Shown one piece after another: positions 51,860 through 63,888 of a stretch of DNA of 64,000 nt; position 1 is the stretch's first letter; every line of letters starts with the position of its first letter. The stretch covers positions 126,471 through 190,470 of the forward strand of contig NMRA01000445.1 in the NCBI GenBank assembly GCA_002633005.1. Direction: 5' to 3'. The DNA comes from Phoronis australis (lineage: Eukaryota > Animalia > Phoronida). The notes under the pieces are model-generated. The model had not been told where the DNA came from. It searched no databases and saw nothing but the letters and a program-made list of their open reading frames with translations. The translations under genes and the position numbers were made by a program.

Positions 51860-52830
51860 TTATAACGATAAGTGGCCTTGATCAAAACTTGTTTTGGATG
51901 GAAAGTCATTCTGGTTTAATGCCGCATAACACACTTGAGTGGAATATTTCACCAAACCCAACGCGCTTGGTGAGAAGAACGTGGCAAATGAGACTCATCG
52001 CCGTTGTGACTCGAGTGTCCCTTTACCTGAGAACTTTATGAGTTCACCTGAGTTTGCAGGAGCCATTAGCGAGGCAATTACACGAATTGAAAATCAGGAA
52101 ACTGTGAACATGGCTTATGATTGTTTTTCCAATATCTTATTTTCACAAATGGACACTCATCTCTCGTCTAAGAATGTTGGTAAACGTTCACGCAAAAAAT
52201 ACAAGCACCACAAGCCTTACTGGAATGCACATTTATGTGCCAGAAGGAATTTCAAAGAGAATTTTTGAAATGCAAAGGAATAGTGCAGTAAAGAAGGTAT
52301 TTAGAAAAGTATTTAAAACTGTCCAACACAATTTTGACAAACTTTTGAGAAATACTTAGACAGCTTAAAACAAAACCTTAATGGAAAAGATCGAAAATCT
52401 CAATACTGAAAATCCTCAGATATTCTGGGACCACATCAAGAGACTTGGTCTAAGAAGTAATGAAACTGTGCATTTCGAGATTTATGATGAAGATGAGTCA
52501 GTTCGCACGAATCTGAATTGTTCGAGGATAGTTTACAAGCCAAAGAATATATTGAAGGTTTAATGTCGTCCCCTGCTTACTTATCATGGGCCGCGCACCA
52601 TAGGGGGCTGGGGGGGGCTATAGCCCCCACTTTTTCAGGGCTGCACCGCCCATAGACCATGGTCTATGGGCGTTGCACCACAGGGGGGCTGGGGGAGGGG
52701 GCTTTAGCCCCACTTCTTTCAGTGCTGTGCCGGCCATGCATATGCAATGACGAACTTAACTCTGGCAGTACTGTGCAAGAAGTTCAGAGAATTGTATACA
52801 AGCAAAACCTAACAAAGCGATGGGTATTGT
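51860..52830 (+). mobile_element. Decayed LINE ORF2 fragment (endonuclease-RT linker; RTEX/CR1-like), interrupted by a MITE
   Basis: Frameshifted KKYKHHKPYWN, FDKLLR and NPQIFWDHIKRLG, and after the MITE at 52585-52738, NDELN..TVQEVQRIVYK.KPNKAMGI. Confidence 0.65.
52585..52738 (+). mobile_element. Dimeric G-rich MITE-like element, copy 3
   Basis: CATGGGCCGCGCACCATAGGGGGCT...GCCCATA-GACCATGGTC-TATGGGCG...GCCGGCCATG, with flanks CTTAT / CATAT. It interrupts a LINE reading frame. Confidence 0.7.
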
Positions 52831-52950
52831 AGTCACTACACTGTGACACAGCGCCAACTATTCTGAAAAGTGGCCCTCTGGAAACATGATGAACGGCACA
52901 CGGAATTCTGTGTGTGCCTGCGCGTGCCTTGATCGGAACTATATAACCTG

Positions 52951-53351
52951 GGCCTGGTCTCTAATCTTTGTACTCGAAACGAACTCGAAACTATTTTTGG
53001 CAATTTCTCTGCTCCTTTTGTGCTAACTTAAGATAATTGGTTATCAGACTGTGCTCGAATACATTATAGTTTATGCATAGGAGTTTCTAGTTCAAGTTTG
53101 CCCTTGAAGGCCCTTATATTCGTGCTACAAACTTGAGTAAAAACTCGAAATTTCGAGTTCAAACTCGAACTTATTGCTTTGATATTGGGTTTACAAACTG
53201 TGAACTAAGGGCAATAAATTATCTACGTAAGTTATTGTGTACTCGAGCATAGAATAGTAGACACTTATCTTGAGTTCGCCCAAAAGTAGAGTAGAAAATG
53301 CCAAATCTGATTTCGAGTTCCGTTTCGAGTAAAAAGATTGGAGACCGGGCC
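52951..53351. mobile_element. PIF/Harbinger-type MITE
   Basis: ~40-bp TIRs GGCCTGGTCTCTAATCTTTGTACTCGAAAC.. / ..GTTTCGAGTAAAAAGATTGGAGACCGGGCC, with 3-bp TSD CTG on both sides (CWG target) and internal AACTCGAA repeats. Confidence 0.8.
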
Positions 53352-53682
53352 CTGGTTCCCGGGTCTCACAAGCTGACGTCACCTCGAGGGTCTGTGGAAG
53401 AGACAAGGTATACTGATCACATCGCTTCAAACACTTGCATACACCTTTATGCACTGCACTTGTTTGGGCGTTTACCACTAAACCGGGGTTTCCTTGATTT
53501 CCGTTTACTTCGATTACTGTCAGTTTAATAAATTCAAGTCAAAGATGGTGGCCATGTAACATTAAACTGAAACGGGTTTCCCAGATTTCAACCAATGGCA
53601 ATGACTGAATGTTATGACGTCGGTTTCTTTTTTACATGTATTCACAATGAGCACATTAACAACAACACAAAAGGCAAGAAGA

Positions 53683-53722
53683 ACACACACGCACACGTAC
53701 ACGCACACACACACACACANNN

Positions 53723-53775
<53 letters not shown>
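53683..53775. repeat. (CA)n microsatellite within LINE 3' UTR, contains NNN
   Basis: Direct observation. Confidence 0.95.
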
Positions 53776-53777
<2 letters not shown>

Positions 53778-55914
53778 CACACCTCACACTTAATCCTTTT
53801 GACTACTAAGAAAAAACAGTTTCAAGATTACACCATCTTTTTTCTACAAATTCTGAATTCAAATCTTTACGAGCACTATACTTTTCACTCATATAATATT
53901 GTTTGATGAAGTTAAAAATATGCTTGGAAGTAATGTTTTTGATCCGAACTTTTGGGTATAAATAAACCGTTTACCCAATAATAAAACAATGTTTTTAAAT
54001 TTATCGTTTCTATCAAGAAAGTCAAAGATAACATTGCTGCAGGAGAGAGTGCCGACACACTGGAGATTTGTTTTGTTTAAAATTTCATTATTAACTTTTT
54101 GTCCAAAATGAATTTACTATTTCACATTCCCAAAATAAGTGTTTCAAAGTCTCTTTCGATTGTCCACAAAAGGAACAGGAGTCGTCATCCGTAACTTTGA
54201 TTATTTTTAAAAATGAATTAGTTGTCAAAATTCTCGCCAAGAGTCTAGTGAACTGAAGCCATCTAATTCTTGGGTTTCTTGTTGAGTTATATAAAAGGGA
54301 ATACTCATCTTCCCATGAAAAATTATTTGTATTTACGTTCAATTCTTTGGCCCAATTTGACTCCGCTCTTGAGACTTCGGAACCATAATTTAATTGTGTA
54401 CAAATTTGTTGACATCCTCTCCGACCACTTTTCAGTTTCATTAGAATCGCTGGCTTAACAGGACAATACGCTTCAAAACGAAAAACTCTTTCAATACCAC
54501 ATTTTTGTTGGTACTTAAATATCACTGAAATTAGACTATCGTACTCCATAAAGTTCGTTTTGATATCTAAAACATCCACATTATATCTATAGTTAAAAAT
54601 ATTACTGTCTGACGAAAACAAATTAGTCTTTAATAAAGACTATGCCTCCATGGCACCAATTCCTGTATATTTTGCCCGGCCTGCAGGTCACCGTTAAATC
54701 ATAAAGGTTGGTTAAGAAAATCTATCTGATTTTTTATTTTAAAACGATTTCCAAAGGAGATTACATATTCAAAAAATTCTTTCCAGAAGTGATTATCAAT
54801 ACTGGGCAAATTTATCTTGAGAAAGTCAACTCCATACTTGGCGAAATTTTTAATTTCAGGAAAAATCAAATGAAGCAAATGGGCCATCTTAGACTGACCA
54901 TTTACAAATTTTGTTAACATATTAATCTTTCAAGCCTTACAGAATGAAAATATGTTAATCATTCTAATACCCCTTCGTTATAATTACAAACAGCTCGAGA
55001 ACGCTTAATTTTGACACTGCGACTTTGCCAGAGGAATTTTAAAAACATTGAGTTCAGTTTTTCTATAATATGATTCGAAGACTGTGGCAAGAATATCAGA
55101 AGATGTACAGTTTTTGAAACCGCAAGCGCCTCGATATCTGTAATCCTCCCGAAAGGCGTCAAAATTCGTTTGGACCAATTAAAAATGATTTCAATATCTT
55201 TTAATTTCACCAAGTGATTCTGGTCTGCCATATCATGTAAGCTGACTTGGGAATTAATCCCCAAGAACATGAAATTTGTTTCGGTCCATGATAACTGTTT
55301 TCTGATAGATTTTTTCAGCACTGTTAGCCATACTGCCAATTCAAATGGCTTTTGTTTTTTCAACATTGACCCAGAGGCTGGAGAAATGAGCAAACAGATT
55401 TACAACATTTAAAGAAGACCGTAAAGACATCTAAGAGCCATCTAAACTAACGAAGTGTCATCAGCATATTGGGTTAGTAAGTACTCACTATCCATAATTT
55501 TGATTCCATTGATATTTTTGTTGTGTCTGATCATGAGAGCCAAAAGTTCGGCACAAATAATAAATAGATAAGGAGACAATGGGTAACCTTGTCTAACTCC
55601 TCTCTGAATATTAAACCAACGAGAAGGTTGGCCAGTAACTATAACACAGGATTTGATATTTTTATAAAAAAAACTTTGACCCACCTCTTGATTGGCCACC
55701 CAAGGTTAAAAAAGACAAAGCTTTTTCAACGAAACCCCACGACAATTAGACAAAAGCTTTTTCGAAATCTATAAGAAGTAGTAGCCCAGGTATTTGAACG
55801 AACTTCTGTGAATAATAGAACAGATCGTATACAACACGAATGTTATCAGTCAAATTCCTTCACAGGATGTAGCCATTCTGGTCCTCATGAATAATTTCCC
55901 TAACACAGACTTAA

Positions 55915-57543
55915 AGGAGAATTCCATCCGATTTAATTAGTCTTTTTTACCATCTTAATCGGTCTATACCCACACCGCATCTTACACGCTCGACCTCACC
56001 TTGCCGAGAGGTGTAGCGTTAACCTGTGAGGAAGTTGAGAAACGACGCAGCGACGTCAGTGGTTCGTCTGCAGAGTGAATGCCGCTATATTGCTGTGCAT
56101 CGTTCCCGCTTGTCCGAACAATGAAGCTGCGAAGAAAGCGGGTATATCGTTTTTTCTACTTTTAGTCCGCGAGAGCCCGAAATGCTTAGGAAGTGGCTCG
56201 CGGTAGTGAAGAATGAAAGGTAGGCTGTTAATAGCAAGTAACATCTCCGTGTCTGTGACCCGCATTTCGTCGACAGTGATTTCTCAGACGAATTCCAGCT
56301 TACCGAAGAACTATCCATACGTTCCATTGCCTGTGTATATTCACGGCGCCTCTCTAGTATTTCTTGATCAGTGTATTCCGGTTCGAACTGATAGCCTGTG
56401 AAACCTAACGATCCGACCCGTGAAGTCTTCGTCGCCTGAGCTCTTGACCAAGTCGGGATTGGCGCGGGGCGAGTTGCCTTTTATTAGTAGACGTTTATTA
56501 TTTTGCGTTCTGTTTCAAAATGAATTATTCTCAACTAACAAATGCTTAAATGAAACTGAAACAAAGTATATCTCATTAGATACAGTTTGTAATGCCTTGG
56601 AGTGCTCGTGAGTGCAAATGTTTTGAGAAGCCAGCAATGAATAAACCACTGCGTTACCGGCTTTTGATGCCAGCAACAAGTAATGACCGGGCACCGAGGC
56701 CGTGTGAGCGCATGCTAATTCAGTGTTTGCTGACAGAAAGTTGTTGTGAAGCAATTACTCGATTTTATATGCTATGGTCACTTGTTACGGGAATCTTTAT
56801 TTAGAAATACAAATACAATATTCAAATCATTGTTACTGTACAACCTTTGCCCTGACGGTCTGTGGAAGGGGAACCCCATGACATCGCGGCCCCCGACAAG
56901 TAAGTGGATTTTCAGTTTCGTGGCTAATTCACATATATAATTACGTTCAGATTGTGACTGGAGGTTAATTAGTTTCCAACTCAAGCAGGTTTATGTTCGT
57001 GCCAGTGCCGGAGGCCGCGACGGGCCTGATCGGGTTCCGAACCACTGGCCGGGATAGCAAGCGTTTTGTGTGTTTAGAACTCAAAAAATCACAAGTATAA
57101 CAACACAGATCTAAGTTCTCCTGTCTGCATTTCACGAAAGAATACTTCGAATTTATCTCCGAACAGACCCCAAACTCCTCATTGCTCCGAACATTAGCCT
57201 GCCGAACTTTGTAGGCTACGGTGTGTCCAAATACCAATAAATCCGTAACAGCGAAATAAAACAACACGTTTTTATAAGAACTCGGTGTGTTTTTAAGGGT
57301 TTTACATCGAAGTTTGATGATTTATTGGTGTTAAACGATGAATTCAAGCGATAAGCTGACACCAGTAACCCGTGTTGTGAACTGCTGAACAGACTGTGTG
57401 TGAAACCAATTACGTCATAGGATAATTTCAACACCTCCGTGTGCCGTCAGGTGTCAGGTAAGGCAACCGAACTTGCTGTAGTCGAGTAGAACTACTCGAT
57501 CTAAATTGATACAAATTAGGTTGTTTTTTGGGTGGCATTCTCC
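55915..57543 (+). mobile_element. Non-autonomous Kolobok-like DNA transposon with decayed THAP domain, inserted in the LINE RT
   Basis: Left end TTAA|AGGAGAATTCCATCCG and right end TGGGTGGCATTCTCC form an imperfect TIR. The LINE frame resumes across it (AAIAER / KSVL). 56079-56283 gives a THAP pattern: CIVPAC..ISFF..LRKWL..VCDPHFVDSDF. The right-hand TTAA is missing. Confidence 0.7.
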
Positions 57544-59305
57544 GTTCCGCAATTGCTGCAGACGTTATTTTGTAGGTTACATTGAGAAGAGAAATAGGAC
57601 GCCAGTTTTTTGAGAAAGCGTTTAGTTTTGTCTGCACTTTTGAGAATACAGGTAATAATACCCTTTTTCTTAGTGCATGGTAGTTGACCCATAGCGAAGC
57701 TGATATTTATAGATCGGAGTACAAAAATATCCATATTATCCCAAAAGAATTTTAAAAAATTCAATGGTAAACCAATCAGAGCCACGACACTTATTGTTTT
57801 TCATTTTTTCAAACATTTGGTGATTTCCTCATAAGTCAAAAGACCTTCAAGTTCGTTTTTTTTTTCATTTTCATCCAGCCTAGGACATGTTACCTCTTCT
57901 AAGAAATCGCCTAAGCTATCATCAGTAGTTGTCCTAGCTCTAGAGATTTTCATAAAGAGAGCAGTCTCTTGTATAATTTCAGACTCTCTCCCCGTTTTCG
58001 TATTATCTGATTTCTCCAGGAAGGGTATGTGTTTAGCTGTAAATGTCTATTTTCTAAATGTAAAAAAATATTTGGAGGGCACTTTTCCTTCCTCGATCCA
58101 TCTCGCTTTGGACCTGGTCATTGCCATACAGTCGTACTTTCCTCAGCTCAATCAACTGAGAGCGCTTCTCGGCGATGGAGCCTGTGTCTAAATTTCCGGC
58201 TTTTTCTAATTTATCAATTTCGTCTCAAAGCATAGACTCTGATCTGTCCACCTGTTTTTTTTCAAATAACAAGAAAAAGAAATGGTTCCACCACGAATCT
58301 CCAACAGAACAGTTTCTAAAAATAGCTGATCATTGATACATAACTGCAAATCAGTGTCTGCAATGTTATCTGTGACACAATCTTTATCATAGACATATTG
58401 TAGTTTAACACGTCTGAAAACTTCTTTTACATGAGTAACATCTTTCGAATTATCCAAGAGAGAATTATTAAATTTCTAAAATGTTTTTTTTTTCTTCTGT
58501 GGAACACAAAATTTAAATGATAGGGTTACCATCGAGTGATTTGTTCTATAAGAAGTTTCAATTCTGGCTTCGTCTAACTCCGCCCGTAAACCTTCAGAAA
58601 TTAGAAAAAAATCTAGACGGGAACGCTTAGTGCCAGATCTCCACGTAAATTCAGCACTACTAGGATTTAACTCGCGCTATGCATTAAAGAGACCAAATCG
58701 GAAAAGATTTTCAAAACCTTATCTCTAGATTTTGGATTATTTACATGACGATAATTACAAGTACCAAGTACTTGATTTAAAACTAAATCAAAACCACCTG
58801 TCCAAATAATCGGATGATTAGCAAAGTCAACAATCGTCTGGTTTACTCCCTCAAAAAATCATGATCGTCTTTATTTGGACCATAAGTATTCAGTATCCTA
58901 CCAATTCTATCATTTACAGCTATATTGAGTAATAGCATATTGCCTTTTTTATCATGTTTTTAGTAAAAATTTGACTTCAAAATTATTATTCAACAAAATA
59001 GCCACACCCCTGAAATTAGACTTGTATGAGATAATAAACGTTTATATCCCCATGGTGACCTGATAAATTTCTCGTTTTTCTGCAGAAAGTGAGTATCTTG
59101 CATATAATAAATTGGGTATTTTTTATTTAAGAAAGTTAAAAATATCTCTTTGTTTTTCGTGGTGACCCAAACCTTGACAATTTTTATGTGCTCTGACAAA
59201 ATGCTATTTGAAAGGAACAAAAAATGAGTGGGCACTCATGATCAGCACCAGTTCAGGAGCTAATACATAACATGGTAACAGCAGTGGGGATTAGACATTT
59301 AAGTT

Positions 59306-59383
59306 CACGCACACACGCACACACACACACACGCACACACACACGCACACACACACACACACACAAAACACACACACACACAC

Positions 59384-59414
<31 letters not shown>
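59306..59414. repeat. Compound (CA)n/(CAA)n microsatellite between LINE ORF1 and ORF2
   Basis: Direct observation. Confidence 0.95.
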
Positions 59415-60561
59415 AGAAAGTGAACAGCGCAAGACAACACATAACATGAAGTTAGTGCCCCCTTCGACTTCTCATAGAGTCAAAAGTTTGTAAATTATAT
59501 AGCACCCTCCATCAAGGACTATGATAGTCTTCAAACGTGCATGAAAAAAACCTCGGGCAAGAGCACCACATTCAAAAGCCTTCCAAATAGTTCAGATCCT
59601 TCACTTGGTAAATACAATTAGTCTTGTCTTTGAAATAAATGCGTCCATCTCTGGTCCAGTAACTGTTAATCAGGGGTTCTAGATCTCTGACTGCCTCGAA
59701 TAGCACTGTTCTCCTCTGCGTAAGACTCTCATTGATGAAAATGCCAGGCCTCCCTGCATCTCCGATCGCAGCATTCTTCTATTCCGGATAAACTCTGAAC
59801 GGGCATTATATGTTGTGAATTTTACAACAATAGGACGAGGCTTCTGGCCCTGGGGGTTGACTTTACCCGTTCTATGCGAGCGGCTAATATCCGATCTTTG
59901 GATGTTCACGTTAATCTTGGTCGCCAGTTCTACAACAATATCATCTGTGCATTCACTGTGAGTTTCACTTTTGCCCGATATAACCATATAACCAACACGT
60001 ATCGGCGATTGTACTGTTGTTGCTTGTCAAAATCTCTTTCCAGATTCGAAAATTGTTTCTGCGTTTGAATTTTCAGTTCATTCCACAGGCACCTTTAATC
60101 AGCCCTCAACTATACACTCAGTGCCTGTGGTTCATTGGCAGCTCAGAATTCAAAACCGCAATCTCACGGTCCCTCTCTCGTAGCTTATCCTCAAATTTCA
60201 TCTCTATACCTTTTGCTAAATCATTCAGTTTCTCGTCAATCCACGTTTGAAACATATTCTTAAAACACTGCTGGACGTCAGGATCAAGAAAAGTTGCCTC
60301 CAAGTCATTCCTAATAGAGTCACCCCCGGAGCCGGTCATACCTTTTGCTGACTTCAAAGTTTCCTCTAAAGTTGGTTGCTCTAGACCAGTATTTCCAGCC
60401 AGGCTCTGATTTGTGCGATGTCCTTGCTTGGCTGACGCTTACGTGACGGCGTCTGCTCAGTTCGGTGAAAACTAACAGTATCGGGGAGCTCACTCGCAGC
60501 ACTTACAGAACGTGTTCGCGCTTCATGACAGATCGACATGACGTCACTTTCATTACTTTAA

Positions 60562-60997
60562 AGCCTATCTTCAATGGTAACACTTACCATTGAAGATAAG
60601 CAAGTGACATGTAAATTTGGTTCTTACGGTATGTGAAGAATATCGCTCTGAGCCCACTAGTGCCATAAATTGCCAGATGTAACGAATTGTTAGGCGTATT
60701 AGCTTGCTTTTGTCTACGTCACCGCGAGAATCACCTTTTAATTCAAACAGCTGCGACTGAATAACACTCGCACGCAATGGTGTTCTATTTGGACCCCTAT
60801 CAATACAACCTTTTGTTGTTTGTGCTGGGATCTTGCGGTGACGCAACATGGCACGAAAGGGCAGCTTCACTTATCATTTGAAGGGCTTACACTCGCGTGA
60901 TTGAACTCGCGTTTTCTTATTTTACAAAGGCTTTGCTAGGACTATCTAGTTATAGCCTAATACATCTAAAGTAACAAAATTCCATTGAAGTTAGGCT
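60562..60997 (+). mobile_element. ~435-bp MITE, copy 2, flanked by TTAA
   Basis: TTAA|AGCCTATCTTCAATGG ... CCATTGAAGTTAGGCT|TTAA; homologous to 32903-33309. Confidence 0.8.
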
Positions 60998-61655
60998 TTA
61001 ACCAATGAGAAACCATGTCAAACAACATTCCACAGTACTACCTTTCGTAGCACGTTGTGAAAGAGTGTATAGTTGTTTACGCAGGTGTCAAACGACAAAC
61101 TATTGACGTCATTAGTCCATTTTTGACACCTGGAGTGCGTGAGTGCACAGCTGTGTGGTGGTGACCATAGACCCTATTCACGCCGACAGGAGGCCCGTTC
61201 AAAAACGAGGCCCGCTACGATAGCTCTGGTGGCTTATCCGCGTAGTTGTACTCCGCGTTGTTCGAACAGCTAGAAAAAATACGGACACTCTGTTTTACAA
61301 TCCCTAAGGACGTTGGGATTCGGAAGCGTTGGGACCTTGCCGCGACGAAGAGAAATATGTCCGTGTAAAATCTATAACTGTTTTCGAATCATAATTTGTC
61401 GCATCTCGGACTGGATGCCGCCATATAGCAACGAGGACCGGAGAATCTTCGGCCAGCCAGCCTGTCGTGTTTTCATGACTATGGGTTGAAGCGCGATGCA
61501 TTTTTCTTTACAACAAGGACAGGGCCCTCAATCCCTCAATTTTGGGGCCAAACATCGGCCCTATTCCCCTCTCAAAAATATTGAAAAATCACGCGAAATT
61601 CCCGAAAATTTTTCTCCAACGGTTCAAATCACCTGTGACCACAGAGGTACAAAAT

Positions 61656-61937
61656 CATAGGCAGATTTAGGGGGGGAGGGGCATGCCCCCCTTGATTGCC
61701 GCAAGCAAAATAAACCAGCAAAACGTGAAGCGGGAGGAAACTTGTACTGAGTACAGACTACGGACTAGGGGGAAAACACGTTCCGTTTTATTTTTATTTT
61801 TTAGTCCAACGACAGAAGGTATACATTCTCGGCGCCCACAACTTCCGGGCCGCCTGCGTGCATACAATCGCGCTTTGCCCGCTTCTCCGAGGAGGCCCCC
61901 CTCACTAGGCCTATATGGTATCCTAGATCAGCCACTG
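61656..61937. mobile_element. MITE with CA(G/T)(T/A)GGC.GAT-type TIR and 5-bp TSD
   Basis: AAAAT|CATAGGCAGATTTAGG ... CCTAGATCAGCCACTG|AAAAT. Confidence 0.7.
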
Positions 61938-62139
61938 AAAATGCTATTTGAGACAGAGCTATGAGAGCTTGCAAAAGGGCGGGGTGCTATTGTTGATGGT
62001 GATCGGGAGGTCAGTAGAGTTTTCAGTGACCCGTCACTCGGCGAAACGTTCCCCTCTCAGAAGGCCGCACACACATGAGGCACCTTTCCCCTCGGATATG
62101 AAAGAGGCCTCTGAAGAAACATGATAACTATGCTTGTTC

Positions 62140-62296
62140 CAGTGGGGATCCAGGACTTTGAGTTAGGGGGGGGGGGCAAGGCAGAGTANTGCCCGTCAGA
62201 AATTCACACTCCTGAACTGCCAAATGGAATCTCCGGGAGAATTTTAGGAGGGGGGCTGGGGCATAGCCCCTTGGCTCCCCTCTAAATCCGCCACTG
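62140..62296. mobile_element. Short MITE with CAGTGG..GAT TIR
   Basis: TGTTC|CAGTGGGGATCCAGG ... CTAAATCCGCCACTG|CGTTC, with G-rich subterminal runs. Confidence 0.6.
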
Positions 62297-63888
62297 CGTT
62301 CTGTCCAGTTAACTGAAATTGAGCTCTAAAACGAGGTTATGCTTTGGACGAAAGAATTAGGTGTTTTAATTTTAAAATTCAACTTGGTCGAGATTGATAT
62401 TTGAAAAATATAACTCATGAAACAGACGTAATTATTAAAACCAAGAAAGCAGAATTGATGGTCATATAACCATTTTCAATTGCGAGCCTAGTCTTTTATC
62501 GTAATCAAAATATATATTTAATAACATCAAGTATTATTTCAGATCAATGACAAATACACTGTTAGTCCCGGTAGTGCCTACCTCACCAGGACCAAGGCTA
62601 TGCTTGAAGCTAATAGGCCTACTCTTGATCAACAAATTAAACCAGATGAGACTAATTGCACATGACAGCAAAATGCTATGAGTCACCACTGTCGAATACT
62701 CAACTCGTCAACAATACGACGAGATGACCTGGTTCGTGTAGAAAGCATTTTTATCAAGAATTTGTTAGAAGAAACGTAACCCTGCATTCAGCACGATACC
62801 TAATCCGTAACACTACGGTCGCCGCAATTTGGCCGTGTTTACTTTTCATGTATCCATGCTGTGAACATTCCCACCAAACAAGATGACGTCACAACCCCAC
62901 TGATCAGGGAAAACTGTGGGATTTGGCCGATTGAACTGGGCCGTATTGATCCACCTTGGCTGCGTTGCACTCAGCTCACGATCAAAGGGATCCCGCCTAG
63001 CTGCTCTATTCATCGAGTCACCAGCGAGGATAATTGGCTTCGCTCATGCGAAAATACCATCAGTTGATTACGATCTAGCCTAGATGACCGTACTTTTTAT
63101 GAAGAGCGTTTTAGGTAGTTTTGAGTGTAATATTTGAAAATAGGAGAGAAAAAAATGTTGGTTCAACTTTGAATTTTTCAAATAGGCCCAGAATAAGAGA
63201 TTTAGCAACACAGCAACACTCAAGATTACCGTCATTCGGCGCGCACGAATACGAAAATATAAGACCCGTTATTTTGGAACACATGCTTTTCAATATTCAA
63301 AATACGTTTATTATAGCTCTTCCAAGATGTAAAACGACGTTGTTCAATTTCATTGTGGTCATTCATTGTCATCCGTCAAACCGGAAATTTCCCGCGAGAT
63401 GTGATCAGCGGCGTCCGCGTTTGTATTAAGTTCAAAACACGTGATCCTTATGTTCCTGAAGTACGAACATTACGAAACTTTAGCATGCCGTTATTATTGA
63501 CAGGGAAACGATAAAACGAATTTGGATTTTGACGATAGTCTTGATACAGCGAGCTGGCTGACTATAGGTACCACTGCGTTAGACCCAGAAATTTCACGCA
63601 GCCCGGGTAGTTCACCTCGTCCCCAACATGTAGATCGAGCCAAGGACCGTTAAAGTGTAAATTGCAAGGTCTCAACCAATTTGAACAACAATATGCTCTA
63701 AATTCATGTTTATAATTATTATTGCTATATTCTTAACATTAACTGAATTGTACGTCGCTATAAAAAGTTATTTACATATTTGTTGCCGTGGCGTTGTAAC
63801 GCCATTGTTGTAACGGAAAATAGAAACGGCGCCATTTTCCTTCGTTACACATCTGTGACGTGGTGTTGGGGAACACAAAGAAAACAAT

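Larger units (their letters stand above)
53622..60537 (-). mobile_element. Full-length but decayed L1/Tx1-clade LINE (ORF1 + APE/RT/zf-RVT ORF2)
   Basis: ORF1 remnants ~60357-59600 (coiled coil, QQYNRR, DISRSHR, RPIVVKF, INESLT, WTRDG). ORF2 remnants ~59200-53900: MQDTH, YGPN, LDFFLIS, NWRPISLLNVTYKI, LIDFEKAF, RGVRQGYPLSPYLF, QYADD, CSFCGQSKETLKHLFWEC. Many stops and frameshifts. A-rich 3' end at ~53625-53633. Candidate TSD ATGACGTC at 53614-53621 and 60538-60545. Confidence 0.9.

Noticed and set aside
61166-61500. TAGACCCTATTCAC transposon-end-like motif and short minus-strand ORF
   Set aside because: No matching opposite terminus was found in the window and the ORF has no diagnostic motif.
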